Virus record (IMG/VR): IMGVR_UViG_3300014024_000003
Strand: one strand, 5' to 3'
DNA length: 64,000 nucleotides
Source of the DNA: a virus
Shown: positions 9,223 to 18,859 of the stretch, in pieces
Position numbering within the stretch: the first letter of the stretch is position 1
How the letters are laid out: each line of letters opens with the position of its first letter
Translations under genes and position numbers: made by a program
Notes under the pieces: generated by a model
Database searches by the model: none
The model's input: only the letters and a program-made list of their open reading frames with translations
Told to the model about the DNA's origin: nothing

Positions 9223-10497
9223 TTGGTGTTTTCTATGGCTATCATGGTGGATGAGTTACGGGCGCAGGTTGCGGATTCTCCTGAGGGTGTAAAAACGCAG
9301 TGGGGTATCGCCGATCAGCGGTTTTTGGATGTGTTGCCGTTGGGGTGCCCGTTCTGTGATTCTGAGCTGATGATGAATGACGGTTTCACGCAGTTGCGCT
9401 GTAAGAATGTGTATTGTTCCTCAAAAGTGACGCAGCGTCTTGTGGCGATATGCCAGGATTTGGGTGTGAAGTTTTTGGGTGAGTCTGCCGCGTTGAAGTT
9501 GGTGCAGGATTTTGAGTTGGCGTATCCGTTGGCGGTGTTTGAGATGCTGCCTCAGGTGCCGCATAAGTTTTTACCTGCTCAGGATCAGTATCTCACTTCT
9601 CCTGTGGTGCAGGAGAAGGTGGTTTCTCAACTTCAACAGGTTCACACCCGCGTGATGACGTTGCCTGAGTTGGTGCGTTTGCACCATATCCCTGGTATTC
9701 AGACGCAGGCGTATGCGTTGTTTGAGGGTTTCACGTCAATATCCCAGGCGTATGACTTCTATAAGAGTGAAGGTATCGCGGGCGTGCAGAAGCGTTTGAC
9801 GGGTGATCTTTCCAAGGGTGAGGTTTCGTCGGTTGGTGTGCGCGCGGTTCAGATTTTTGATACGTTGATGCAGTTTCGGTCGGAGCTTTTGTACGGTGAG
9901 CAGATTTTCACGGTGGCGCAGCAGAGTTTACCTTCTATGATGGTGGTGGTTTCGGATGCGGCGGGCGCGCCGTTTGTTTCTAAACCGCAGTTTTATGCCG
10001 CGTTAGAGGAGGTTTTCGCGGGGCGTGTGTCTTTCATTAAGGGTAATGCGGTGACGAAGGCGAAGACGGATGTTTTGGTGTGGGCTGGTTCTGTGGGTGA
10101 GATGCAGCGTGTTACCTCGAAGGTGAAGAAGGCGCATACGTATAATTCTTCAGGGTCTCAGATTCCGGTGGTTTCCGGTGTTGAGTTGTTGGTGTGGTTG
10201 CGTGAGCATTATGGTATCGCTGAGGTTCAGGATTCGTGGGCTGAGTTTTCGTGGTTCCCTGTGGTGGCTGATCCTGTGGATGTTGTGCAGTGTGATTCTG
10301 GGGAGTTGGTTCTTCGTAAGGATGTACGGGAGTTGTCTTTGTGGGATTTTGCTGTAAAGCTGCGTTCTGGTGTGTGGCGTTTGGTAAAATATACAAATGG
10401 TAATGAGCCTTTCGGTATGGGGGATGCTGTGGGAGTTTCGCAGGTTTCTTCTGAGGATGATTTGGTTCCTGAGTCTGGTTTAGGTTTGTTTGAGTAG
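9223..10497 (+). CDS. ligA: NAD-dependent DNA ligase, C-terminal half (C4 zinc finger, HhH, BRCT-like)
   Basis: LPLGCPFC...LRCKNVYC; LGVKFLGE and HIPGIQ HhH motifs; AVTKAKTDVLV...SKVKKA...IPVVS BRCT pattern. Confidence 0.8.
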   Translation: MVFSMAIMVDELRAQVADSPEGVKTQWGIADQRFLDVLPLGCPFCDSELMMNDGFTQLRCKNVYCSSKVTQRLVAICQDLGVKFLGESAALKLVQDFELAYPLAVFEMLPQVPHKFLPAQDQYLTSPVVQEKVVSQLQQVHTRVMTLPELVRLHHIPGIQTQAYALFEGFTSISQAYDFYKSEGIAGVQKRLTGDLSKGEVSSVGVRAVQIFDTLMQFRSELLYGEQIFTVAQQSLPSMMVVVSDAAGAPFVSKPQFYAALEEVFAGRVSFIKGNAVTKAKTDVLVWAGSVGEMQRVTSKVKKAHTYNSSGSQIPVVSGVELLVWLREHYGIAEVQDSWAEFSWFPVVADPVDVVQCDSGELVLRKDVRELSLWDFAVKLRSGVWRLVKYTNGNEPFGMGDAVGVSQVSSEDDLVPESGLGLFE

Positions 10498-10511
10498 TTG
10501 TCGTTGAGTGG

Positions 10512-10997
10512 GTGTTAGTGATGAGTTATTTTACGTTGTATGTAACCACACGTGGGTGGGTTTATGTTTATGATGGGGAAGTTGTAAAGTACCGTAAGCA
10601 TGATTTTAAGTGTTCTAAACCTTTGGTTTATGTTCGGTGTTTGCAGGATGCTTTGGTTTCATATGCGGAAGTTCTCAAGGGTATCGCTAAAGATTCTGGT
10701 GTAGAGTTTGATTATGAGTTTTTGTCTTCTCAGAAACTTATGTTGAGTATTCCTAGTTCTTTAGTTGTTTCACATTTGGATGCTCAGTATTTGACTTCTA
10801 ATAATGAAGATTATTTGAAGGAAGTTAAAGATTTCCGTAATACTTTTGAGTTGAAAATGCTGACGAGTTATGAACCTGTTGTACCTGATGGTAATCAGGA
10901 TTTTGGTGTTCTATTCTTAGATAGCGTTGATGATTCTAATTCTACTTCGGACAGTGATTCTTCTTTGGAGTGGTTTTCTTCGTTAAATGTTGAGTAA
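10512..10997 (+). CDS. hypothetical protein
   Basis: 161-aa ORF with acidic tail. Confidence 0.65.
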   Translation: MLVMSYFTLYVTTRGWVYVYDGEVVKYRKHDFKCSKPLVYVRCLQDALVSYAEVLKGIAKDSGVEFDYEFLSSQKLMLSIPSSLVVSHLDAQYLTSNNEDYLKEVKDFRNTFELKMLTSYEPVVPDGNQDFGVLFLDSVDDSNSTSDSDSSLEWFSSLNVE

Positions 10998-11159
10998 ATA
11001 GTTTCCAACTATTACTTTTCCCGTTAGTGGTTCTGAGACAGTTTATACTGTGGAAGAGCCACTTTTTCTTATGCCGTTCTGTGAAGTCTTCCTCAAAACA
11101 AGACACAGGTACGTATATAAGGAATTAGGGTGGGTTCCTAAGGTTACTGTGTCCTAAGA

Positions 11160-12284
11160 ATGAGGTTTCAAGGAGGTATTGTGCTTGAGAAGGTGATCCG
11201 CGCACAAACAGCACTGATGTACTCCCCTGCCGATCTTCTGGTGGACTTTATACAACGTAACCTCCGTACCACCTGTGGTTTACAGTACGCTCAGGATGAG
11301 TCAGTGGTGCAGAATCAGAAAGAGCTGGAGGATGTAGCTACGTACCGGTGGGTTCGCCCCTTGAATGCGAAAGCGCACTGCGTCATTATCAAAGTTTCCC
11401 CATCTAATGTCTCTAAGATGCAGATCGGTGAGTTTGTGCAGCAGCTCAGCCCGGATAACCCGATGCGTGTGTTGATTATTGCGCAGACGTACAGTGTCTT
11501 CAAGAAACTGGTATCGCAGCTTCCGCAGCAGACGATCTCTCAAGCATTTTTCGCTTTGCGTGCGGATGATGTAAGGTTCCTTTTCCGCACCTTGCAGGTG
11601 CAGGTACCTTTTGAGGTGAAGAATGCGTTGGTGAAGGAGTACGCCCGTGACGTTGATAAGGTGATGGATTTCTTCTCAGCGGTGCGAGCTGGTGTGCAGG
11701 TTTCTTCGCGGCGCGAGCTGGTGGATTTATTAGGGGTACCTTCAGAGGGTATCGTCTCGTTCGCGGTTTCCCTGTTACAGGTTTTTGTGGCGGATACTGA
11801 GCGTAAGCAGCAGTTACGGATGCAGTCACTCTGGAAGGTTTTTAGGGTGTATTCCGCTAAGGTGGGGTACCGCAAGATGTTTGGGGAGCTGTTTCTTGTG
11901 CTCTCGGATATGATGGAGGCGCGTTTGCTGCGTGTCCTTGGTTCTCGCTCGCTACGTCCTGAAGTTTCGAGTTCGTATGATGCGTGGCGTAAACGGTGGG
12001 CGTTGCAGTTTTTCGGGAAGAATTATACGTATAGGTCATCTTCTGCGGGTTATTACGCGATGCTGGTGAACCGCACGGAGGGTATTTCTGTGTCGTTGAT
12101 CGCTCAGGTGCGTAAGGCGCTGTTGCAAGGTGAGGTATCGCCTTTGACTGCGGCGTGGCGTTCTGAGGTTGATGCGTTGGGGTTTTTGTTGAGTGTTTTC
12201 CCGTCGGTGGGTGATTTTTCGTTGGTGACGGCGCGGAATGTTCCTTATGGCGTGTACGCTGGTGTGAGGTTGGATGTTTCATGA
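11160..12284 (+). CDS. hypothetical protein, possibly clamp-loader delta (HolA)-like; start probably GTG 11181
   Basis: AAGGAGG before GTG 11181; size and lid-like segment VKNALVKEYARDVDKVMDFF...ELVDLLG resemble delta subunits; upstream of polA. Confidence 0.4.
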   Translation: MRFQGGIVLEKVIRAQTALMYSPADLLVDFIQRNLRTTCGLQYAQDESVVQNQKELEDVATYRWVRPLNAKAHCVIIKVSPSNVSKMQIGEFVQQLSPDNPMRVLIIAQTYSVFKKLVSQLPQQTISQAFFALRADDVRFLFRTLQVQVPFEVKNALVKEYARDVDKVMDFFSAVRAGVQVSSRRELVDLLGVPSEGIVSFAVSLLQVFVADTERKQQLRMQSLWKVFRVYSAKVGYRKMFGELFLVLSDMMEARLLRVLGSRSLRPEVSSSYDAWRKRWALQFFGKNYTYRSSSAGYYAMLVNRTEGISVSLIAQVRKALLQGEVSPLTAAWRSEVDALGFLLSVFPSVGDFSLVTARNVPYGVYAGVRLDVS

Positions 12285-12937
12285 GGTTTTTTGTCCGTTT
12301 AGAGGATCGTCTTCGTTTAGGTAAAGTTTTCGGGAAGCTGCATCAGTTGAGTGATGGTTCGTTTGTTTCTAATGAGACGTCGAAGTATGAGAGTACTCTT
12401 GAGATTATCAATTCAGCGATGAACGGTAATTTAGATGTTGATAAAGATTTTAGTCATCATTTAGCTTATGAGATGAAAGCTAAGCGTCACCGTGAGTTAG
12501 AGAAGAATAAAGACGTTTATATTATTCCTGATTCTATGTTTGATGGTGTGGAGGATATACGAGGTCAGAATCTTGTTGCTGAATCTCAACTTCCTCTAAG
12601 TTTTGTTCAAGATGCTTTGGAATGTTTCATTGAAGCATCATCTTTGAAAAGTCTTGTGTTGGAGCTTTATTCCCTTCGTAAAGACCTTTGTTTGAAATAC
12701 TCTATTGATATTGTGCAAACTTTTGTTTCTTCTCTTCAAGATAATAAAGAAAGTGTAGACTTACTGCACGAAGTAACGAAGAGCGAAGAACATATCAGTG
12801 AGCTTTTAGTATTTATCGTCCAGGCATACAACGCGCGTAACAACTACTATATTGAGGAGCTACACCAAGACGGTACCGCTCTCTTATCGCTGGGCGAGCT
12901 CATTTTACAGATCGGTATACAGGAAGGGTTGGTGTAA
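12281..12937 (+). CDS. hypothetical protein
   Basis: Translationally coupled between neighbours (ATGA overlap; TAAATG junction to polA). Confidence 0.7.
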   Translation: MRFFVRLEDRLRLGKVFGKLHQLSDGSFVSNETSKYESTLEIINSAMNGNLDVDKDFSHHLAYEMKAKRHRELEKNKDVYIIPDSMFDGVEDIRGQNLVAESQLPLSFVQDALECFIEASSLKSLVLELYSLRKDLCLKYSIDIVQTFVSSLQDNKESVDLLHEVTKSEEHISELLVFIVQAYNARNNYYIEELHQDGTALLSLGELILQIGIQEGLV

Positions 12938-15900
12938 ATGTTTCGCGGAACATTAGAAGTAGTAAGTCAAGAGCAGCCTCAGAAAGTTAGTTTTATCGGG
13001 TACGGTCAAACCGCTTTTAAGTTGTTGATGTATCCTGCTTCAGAGAATATCTCTATCTTTGACCGTGGCTTTTTGTATTACACCTCAGGCGTAGATCGGT
13101 ATGCTATTGCACCAGAGCAGCTTCCGAAGGAGGAGCTGCGGGTAACTGGGCAGCGTGCCGCTGCGGATTGGACGGCGGGTGTGGTCGGCGGGTTGCAGGT
13201 GAAGATTAACGCTTCTTCAGTACAGGTCGAACGTATCTCTAAAACCATCCCGTCCCGTGATCCTGAAACGGGGCAGCGTGTGATGGAACCTATTGAAACG
13301 GAAGTAAACCGCGATATTTTCAAGGCTATCGGAGTTCTTTTTCGCCGCTTGGTGGAGTTTCAAACCCCCTCCCGCTTGGTCTCCGCTCCAAGTGAAGACG
13401 ATCTTTCCGCACCGGTAGAGTATGTGGATGACCGTGACGCTACGCATTGCGTGAAGGTGAAGGTAGCACCGGATGGGGAGGTTCTATCGGCGTATGCGGT
13501 GTGGGATGACGGTAACTCTCCTGTTCTTGAGTTGACGTTGCAGCAGGATACGAACCTTTCTGAGTTTCCGCAGACGTTTAAACATACCCCGTATACTACG
13601 ATTCAGTTGCGTTCGCAGAGGAAGGTGAAGGTACCGCAGAGCGTGAGCGCCGGGGTGGTGTACACCCAAGAGAAGATGGTGTTTAAGACATTCCAGCAGA
13701 TTCTTGAGGAGAATGCAGCGTTACCGCCGGGGGAGCAACGGAAGTTTGAGTGGCTTCTTGAGTGTAATTACAAGGTGGTGAAGCCTGAGGATTTTGTGTC
13801 TACTATTGAGTATTTGAGTAAGTTTCCGGTTCTTGCGTTCGATACGGAGACTACAGGTCTGCGTTTCACGTTTAAGTGTTTGGACGGGGAAGATGATCGT
13901 CTGGTCGGTATCGTGCTGTGCGGTAAGTTAGGTGAGTCGTTCTATTTCCCGATGCGGCATACACGTTTTGATAATATTTGCGATGAGTCGGATATTCCTG
14001 AGGTGATGGAGAAGTATTTCAAACCTTTGCTTTCTGAGAAGGAGATTGTGACGCATAACGGCGCGTTCGATTGGCGTGTGGCGTATGTGTACGGGATCAA
14101 CACGCATATTGTTGCGGACACAATGGTGGCGGTATCGCTAACGTTCGCGGCGCAGAATGCGAGCTACCCGTTGGCGTTGAAGGAAGTTACTCGTAAGTTG
14201 CTGCACCGTGATTCGTTGGAGTTGAGCGATTTTGTTCCTGAGGGTAAGTGGTCGGAAGATGTGAACTTCGCGGATATGGACAAGGAGTCTACTCGTTTAT
14301 ATGCGTGCGCGGACGCGGATAATACGTTGGCGTTGTACTATTATTTTGCTTCTCGCCGCAACGGCAAGCGTTCGGTGTTGGAGGAATACGGTGTGACCCG
14401 CGTGTTTGCCCTCAACTCCCGTTTGGTGTGTCCGTTAGGGTATTCAGAGTTTTACGGTGGGTTCATTAACCCGAAGAATATTCCTGCTTTCCAGGCGAAG
14501 TATGAGAAGATTCGTGATGAGTCGTTGCAGAAGATGCGCGAGATCGCCGGGCGTAAAGATTTTAACCCGTCGTCGTCGTCGAAGCAGCTTTCGCACGTCA
14601 TGTTTGAGGTGCTGAAGATGCCAGTGCTGAAGTACACGAATAATGGCGCACCTTCTACAGATAAGAAGGTTGGGGAGATGTACGCTAAGGAGCGTAACCC
14701 TGACGGTACCGCTAAGTACCCGTTCGCGGCGTATCTGTTGGAGTACCGTGATGCGTCGAAGATGATTTCTGATTTTGTGAAGCCTATGGATGAGTTGTAC
14801 CCGGACGGGTTTTTTCATTCTCGTGTTCGTCAGTTTTTGAATACGGGGCGTATGTCTACGTCTAAACCTAATTATCAGTCGATTAGTGGTGTGAATCGTC
14901 GTATGGTGACGGCTCGGGACGGCTTTTATTGCTTCGATTGTGATTTTTCCTCGATTGAGTATCGTGTGCTTTCGTCGGTGGCGGGGCAGCAGAATCTTGT
15001 TGAGCAGTTTTTTGATCCTGATTTTGATTATCACCGTACTATGGCGGCGATGCTTAACGGTGTTCCTTATGAAGAGGTTACCTCTTCGATGCGTAAGGAG
15101 TGTAAGGTTCTGAACTTTGGCATTCCGTATGGTATGGGTATCCGTGCGCTGGCGCAGACGATGTTCGGTAACACTACGGCGGCTTCGTGCGCTCGCGCGC
15201 AGCAGCTTAACGATGCTTATTTCGCTCATCAGCCGCAGGTGAAGGCTTTCTTTGAGCGTACTCGTCGTGAGGCTTTGGAGAATAGCTGGAATGCGTCGTT
15301 TTTTGGGTTCCCGCGTTTTTATAATAAAGCTGCCCAGTCTGAGGCTTCGATCCGCCGAGCTGCGGGTAACCTCCCTATCCAGGGTACCGCCGCAGATATT
15401 TTTAAGTTGGGTATTTGCCGCCTGTTTGATGATATTTTCCGGCGTGGTTTGCAGGGGCGTATCCTTTTGACAACGTTCGTGCATGATGAGTTGTTTATTG
15501 AGGTTCATAAGTCGGTGAATCCTGCGTTGATGTTGAAGATGGCTCAGGATGCGTTGCAGATTAGTATTCCGGGTTGGTGTCCGCTGTATATTGGTGCTGG
15601 GTTTGGCCGCTCGTGGTATGAGGCGAAGAAGACGGAGCTTCCGGTGCAGGTGCAGAATCAGGTGGTCGCTACGTTGAAGGAGGATGGTTCTGGTGGTGTT
15701 TCGTGGTGGGATGGTGACGCTTCTCGTTTGGTACCGTGGGAGGTTTTGTTGGTGAATACTTTTAAGCGTGATTCGGTGCTGGCGTATTTGAAGGATGAGA
15801 GTAATCGGGGGAAGACTCTTTCTCCGGTGGTGTTCGGGCATGTGTCGGAGTTGCTGCATGATTTGGCGGATTCTTCGGGCGGTTTCGATGCTGACGGTAA

Positions 15901-16423
15901 CGTGATGGTTGAGGGTATTGTTCTAAGTGCTGAGGAGTTGCAGCAGGTTTTAGCTCCTCTGTCTGCGGGCGCTTCGTGGGGTGCTTCGGATTATGTGGCT
16001 GCGTTTTCTCGCGTGTTTGGGTGTGAGGGTATCGCAGCTTCCGCTCAGGTGGTTGATGCGATGGTTTCGGATTCACGCAGGGAGCAGAAGGTTTCTGTGG
16101 ATGATGTTCCTGAGGTTGTCGAGGATGTGTGGGAGCGCGCGGTCGCTCAGGTTGAGGTTTCTGGCGCGGCGGTGGTTTCGGATCATCAGGTGATTTTGGT
16201 GTCGGGTCGCATTTTTGAGACGGTGAAGCCTTTGGTGCAGCTGAGTAATGCTCAGGTGATTCGGAAATATTCTGAGGTTGGTGATCCTGTTCCTGCGGGT
16301 GTTTATCGGGTGTGTGTTGCTGTTTCATCGGGTGATAACACGGAGATTGAGGGTACTGAGTATTTCGCGTTTGCTGATTTGGTGATGGATATTGTTCGCC
16401 GTTGTTTGGTGACTAGGGTTTGA
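12938..16423 (+). CDS. polA: family A DNA polymerase with 3'-5' exonuclease and unknown N- and C-terminal extensions
   Basis: FDTETTG, HNGAFD, YACADAD (ExoI-III); TGRMSTSKPNYQ; DFSSIEYR (A), RKECKVLNFGIPYG (B), VHDEL (C). Confidence 0.95.
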   Translation: MFRGTLEVVSQEQPQKVSFIGYGQTAFKLLMYPASENISIFDRGFLYYTSGVDRYAIAPEQLPKEELRVTGQRAAADWTAGVVGGLQVKINASSVQVERISKTIPSRDPETGQRVMEPIETEVNRDIFKAIGVLFRRLVEFQTPSRLVSAPSEDDLSAPVEYVDDRDATHCVKVKVAPDGEVLSAYAVWDDGNSPVLELTLQQDTNLSEFPQTFKHTPYTTIQLRSQRKVKVPQSVSAGVVYTQEKMVFKTFQQILEENAALPPGEQRKFEWLLECNYKVVKPEDFVSTIEYLSKFPVLAFDTETTGLRFTFKCLDGEDDRLVGIVLCGKLGESFYFPMRHTRFDNICDESDIPEVMEKYFKPLLSEKEIVTHNGAFDWRVAYVYGINTHIVADTMVAVSLTFAAQNASYPLALKEVTRKLLHRDSLELSDFVPEGKWSEDVNFADMDKESTRLYACADADNTLALYYYFASRRNGKRSVLEEYGVTRVFALNSRLVCPLGYSEFYGGFINPKNIPAFQAKYEKIRDESLQKMREIAGRKDFNPSSSSKQLSHVMFEVLKMPVLKYTNNGAPSTDKKVGEMYAKERNPDGTAKYPFAAYLLEYRDASKMISDFVKPMDELYPDGFFHSRVRQFLNTGRMSTSKPNYQSISGVNRRMVTARDGFYCFDCDFSSIEYRVLSSVAGQQNLVEQFFDPDFDYHRTMAAMLNGVPYEEVTSSMRKECKVLNFGIPYGMGIRALAQTMFGNTTAASCARAQQLNDAYFAHQPQVKAFFERTRREALENSWNASFFGFPRFYNKAAQSEASIRRAAGNLPIQGTAADIFKLGICRLFDDIFRRGLQGRILLTTFVHDELFIEVHKSVNPALMLKMAQDALQISIPGWCPLYIGAGFGRSWYEAKKTELPVQVQNQVVATLKEDGSGGVSWWDGDASRLVPWEVLLVNTFKRDSVLAYLKDESNRGKTLSPVVFGHVSELLHDLADSSGGFDADGNVMVEGIVLSAEELQQVLAPLSAGASWGASDYVAAFSRVFGCEGIAASAQVVDAMVSDSRREQKVSVDDVPEVVEDVWERAVAQVEVSGAAVVSDHQVILVSGRIFETVKPLVQLSNAQVIRKYSEVGDPVPAGVYRVCVAVSSGDNTEIEGTEYFAFADLVMDIVRRCLVTRV

Positions 16424-16439
16424 TGTACTTTCTCAAGGT

Positions 16440-16473
16440 AAGGTAGTTGGGTTTATTTCGACTACCTTATTTT
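16440..16473 (+). terminator. intrinsic terminator
   Basis: AAGGTAGTTG...CGACTACCTT stem plus T tail. Confidence 0.65.
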
Positions 16474-16523
16474 GTTGTGGTGCCTAGTATAATCAATGTA
16501 GTTTACAGTTCATGTTTTAGGGT

Positions 16524-17012
16524 GTGAGGTTTTTCGTGTCTGGTGAGGATACAGCTGTTTCCCCGATTATCAGTTTTGATGTTGATAATGTAGGTGTTTC
16601 AGGGTCTTTTACTCAGGAGAGTATTAGTTATCCGTTTGTGGTGATTAGTGATCCTAAGAATATTTTGACGGAGTATAAGGTTTCTCAGGTTTCGTCGCTG
16701 GTTCAGGTATCGCAGTCTGAGGAAGAGTTGAGTGACGTTTCTTCCGGTTCGGGTTTTGCTGTGGTTGTTCCTGAGTATGTTGATGATTCTAATGATAGTT
16801 TGCTTGTTAGTTTTGATGAGAATTACTCTTCTGAGTTTTTTGGTGGTATTCCTGAACCTTCTACTGTTTTCTGTTTAGGTTATATTTCACGTGAAAAATT
16901 GAGTGAACTTTTTGATTTAGTAGGAATTGATAATATTATTGTTTGTTTTTCTTCGGATGATGTTGTTAAGGGTAAAGATGCTTTAACTATTCTACCGTTA
17001 GATATTATTTAA
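16524..17012 (+). CDS. hypothetical acidic protein
   Basis: ORF downstream of a TATAAT at about 16488. Confidence 0.6.
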   Translation: MRFFVSGEDTAVSPIISFDVDNVGVSGSFTQESISYPFVVISDPKNILTEYKVSQVSSLVQVSQSEEELSDVSSGSGFAVVVPEYVDDSNDSLLVSFDENYSSEFFGGIPEPSTVFCLGYISREKLSELFDLVGIDNIIVCFSSDDVVKGKDALTILPLDII

Positions 17013-17014
17013 CG

Positions 17015-17023
17015 TGGTATAAT
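17015..17023 (+). promoter_or_regulatory. extended -10 promoter
   Basis: TGGTATAAT; the same TGnTAT(A/T)(A/C)T type recurs at 24469, 24891, 28553, 33138, 44099, 49197, 51696, 52221, 55153, 61188. Confidence 0.65.
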
Positions 17024-17050
17024 TTCTGTAATGTTCTTTTTGTTTGGTGA

Positions 17051-17377
17051 TTGTGGTGTTGGGTGAAAATGGTGCAGAAAAATTTTAAATTTACAGATGA
17101 TGTTCACCGAGATTTAACTCCGGTAGAACTATCTCGTTTACTTCATGACTACCCCGAGGGTAGTCGAATTTATGTTGAGAGCGTCGGCGGTCAGAAACGT
17201 ACCCAAGGTACTGTTGAAGCTATTACCGCGCAGGGTGTTTTTGTACAGATGGATGGTATGGAGCGATCCATTAAATTACGCCCGCGCGTAGATAAGTTCG
17301 GAATCTTAGATCAAAACGGTCAGCGCCCCGGTCATGGGCTGCATACTGCCCGCGAAGCACGAGAGGGTTCTATCTAA
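17051..17377 (+). CDS. hypothetical protein (start probably ATG 17069)
   Basis: Short beta-rich ORF coupled to the downstream gene by TAATG. Confidence 0.65.
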   Translation: MWCWVKMVQKNFKFTDDVHRDLTPVELSRLLHDYPEGSRIYVESVGGQKRTQGTVEAITAQGVFVQMDGMERSIKLRPRVDKFGILDQNGQRPGHGLHTAREAREGSI

Positions 17378-18381
17378 TGACGGTACAAGCACAGGCACAG
17401 TTCCTTGATTATCAGCAGTTCTCAAAGTCCCCGGCGAATGCTCAGTTAGCAGGTATCGCCGTCCTTCAGGGCGTCACGAAGGCTTTAGCGAAGAACGGTC
17501 GGGAGTATTTACGGTGCTCTTTAGTATTGGCACCTTCTGGTGATATTGAGTCGTCGGTGACGATCTCTGGTATTAGTTTCAGTGATACGGTGGTGTCTTC
17601 TGTTACGGAGGAGCATAACGGGTGCGTCGTGTTGGTGAGCGGTAGTATCAACGAGTATAACGGCTCGCGCAGTTTGAAGATTGATGCGGTATCGGTAGCG
17701 GATCAGTCTCTTAAATCTCAGATTTTGGCTTCTCCTTATAATTCGCAGGAGATGATTACTGAGTTCGTCACGTATGTGAAGGATCGGGTCTCCCCTGAGG
17801 CTTTTCAGGTGTTTAGCCTGCTGTTGCAGCCTGTGGTGACGCAGTTTACGCAGGAGTACGCGGCGCTTGCATCAGGTACTCATCATGATAATGTGTTGGG
17901 CGGTTTGCTGGCGCATTCGTATAAGGTTTTGAAGTTGATGGGCAATTCCTTAGACACGTATGCAGGTATCGCTAAGCATGTGAATCATGATATTTTGCTG
18001 GTGGGTGTTGCTCTTCACGATATTGGTAAGGTTGTGGAGTACGCTGAGGGTGAGATGTCTTCGGTTGGTAAGTTGCTTTCGCACCGCACTCACGCTTCGC
18101 TGATGCTCTCGAAGATTGAGGCTCAGGTTGTTGAGTTGATGGGTGAGGAGTGGTATTACCGCCTACATTCGGTGTTCCAGCAGCATCATGGGGAGTGGGA
18201 GGAGTCTCCGCGCACGGTTGAGGCTTATCTTGTGCATTTGGTGGATTCTTTTGAGGCGCAGATGTGTGATGCTGAGTTTGCTTTGCCGTTGGAGCGTAAG
18301 GCAGGTACCGCTTCTCGTTTGAGTGATGTTTCTGCTTCTGATTTTAATACTTTCCGTCTTGGCGGTTTTTTCTTAAGTTAA
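17377..18381 (+). CDS. OB-fold/HD-domain 3'-5' exonuclease (YhaM/Cbf1 family)
   Basis: N-terminal OB fold; HHDNVLGGLLAHS, LHDIGKVVEY, HHG, EAYLVHLVD. Confidence 0.88.
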   Translation: MTVQAQAQFLDYQQFSKSPANAQLAGIAVLQGVTKALAKNGREYLRCSLVLAPSGDIESSVTISGISFSDTVVSSVTEEHNGCVVLVSGSINEYNGSRSLKIDAVSVADQSLKSQILASPYNSQEMITEFVTYVKDRVSPEAFQVFSLLLQPVVTQFTQEYAALASGTHHDNVLGGLLAHSYKVLKLMGNSLDTYAGIAKHVNHDILLVGVALHDIGKVVEYAEGEMSSVGKLLSHRTHASLMLSKIEAQVVELMGEEWYYRLHSVFQQHHGEWEESPRTVEAYLVHLVDSFEAQMCDAEFALPLERKAGTASRLSDVSASDFNTFRLGGFFLS

Positions 18382-18400
18382 TATTTGTTTTTGATGTTAT

Positions 18401-18440
18401 ATAATAGGTACAGGCTGTTTAGTCTGTACCTATTATTTTG
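18401..18440 (+). terminator. intrinsic terminator
   Basis: ATAATAGGTACAGGCT-gttt-AGTCTGTACCTATTAT 16-bp stem plus T run. Confidence 0.75.
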
Positions 18441-18854
18441 TTTGAGGTGTTACTGATGAACATTTATTATTCCTACTCTCCCACTTCGGTGTGGTGGCGA
18501 ATCGTTTATTCTAACGGTTCTTTGTTTTACAAAATGGAACCACGTATGAAACGTTTAATGTGTCGGGAAGAGTTTGACACATTATCTCGGTTAAAGAGTC
18601 AGTATTTTGAATCTAAGACTAAGGATTTTACTATTCCTAAAACTTTGAAGGGTTTCAGGAATAAAATTCTGAAAGTGTGTATGAAAGATTCGTATGAATA
18701 CAACAGTTATATTAGTAGGAAATTAGGTACTAGTTCTGGTTCTAAAACCAAGTATGTTGGTTTTGATGGTAAACAGTATATTCCTTATACGATTGCTTCG
18801 TACAGTGAGTTTTTCTTTGGTGTTCAAAAGGGCAAAATGATTGAGAAAATTTAG
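18438..18854 (+). CDS. hypothetical protein, tandem paralogue family member 1
   Basis: FTIPKTLKGFRNKILKVCMK shared motif. Confidence 0.65.
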   Translation: MFEVLLMNIYYSYSPTSVWWRIVYSNGSLFYKMEPRMKRLMCREEFDTLSRLKSQYFESKTKDFTIPKTLKGFRNKILKVCMKDSYEYNSYISRKLGTSSGSKTKYVGFDGKQYIPYTIASYSEFFFGVQKGKMIEKI

Positions 18855-18859
18855 CCATT

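Noticed and set aside
10512..10997. RNase H-like fold for ORF 10512
   Set aside because: Only a vague strand pattern; catalytic acidic residues not identifiable
14444..15859. 471-aa minus-strand ORF and the many other minus-strand ORFs in the track
   Set aside because: They are antisense shadows of motif-bearing + strand genes; their H/Q/T/P/R-rich composition follows from the G+T skew and they show no motifs
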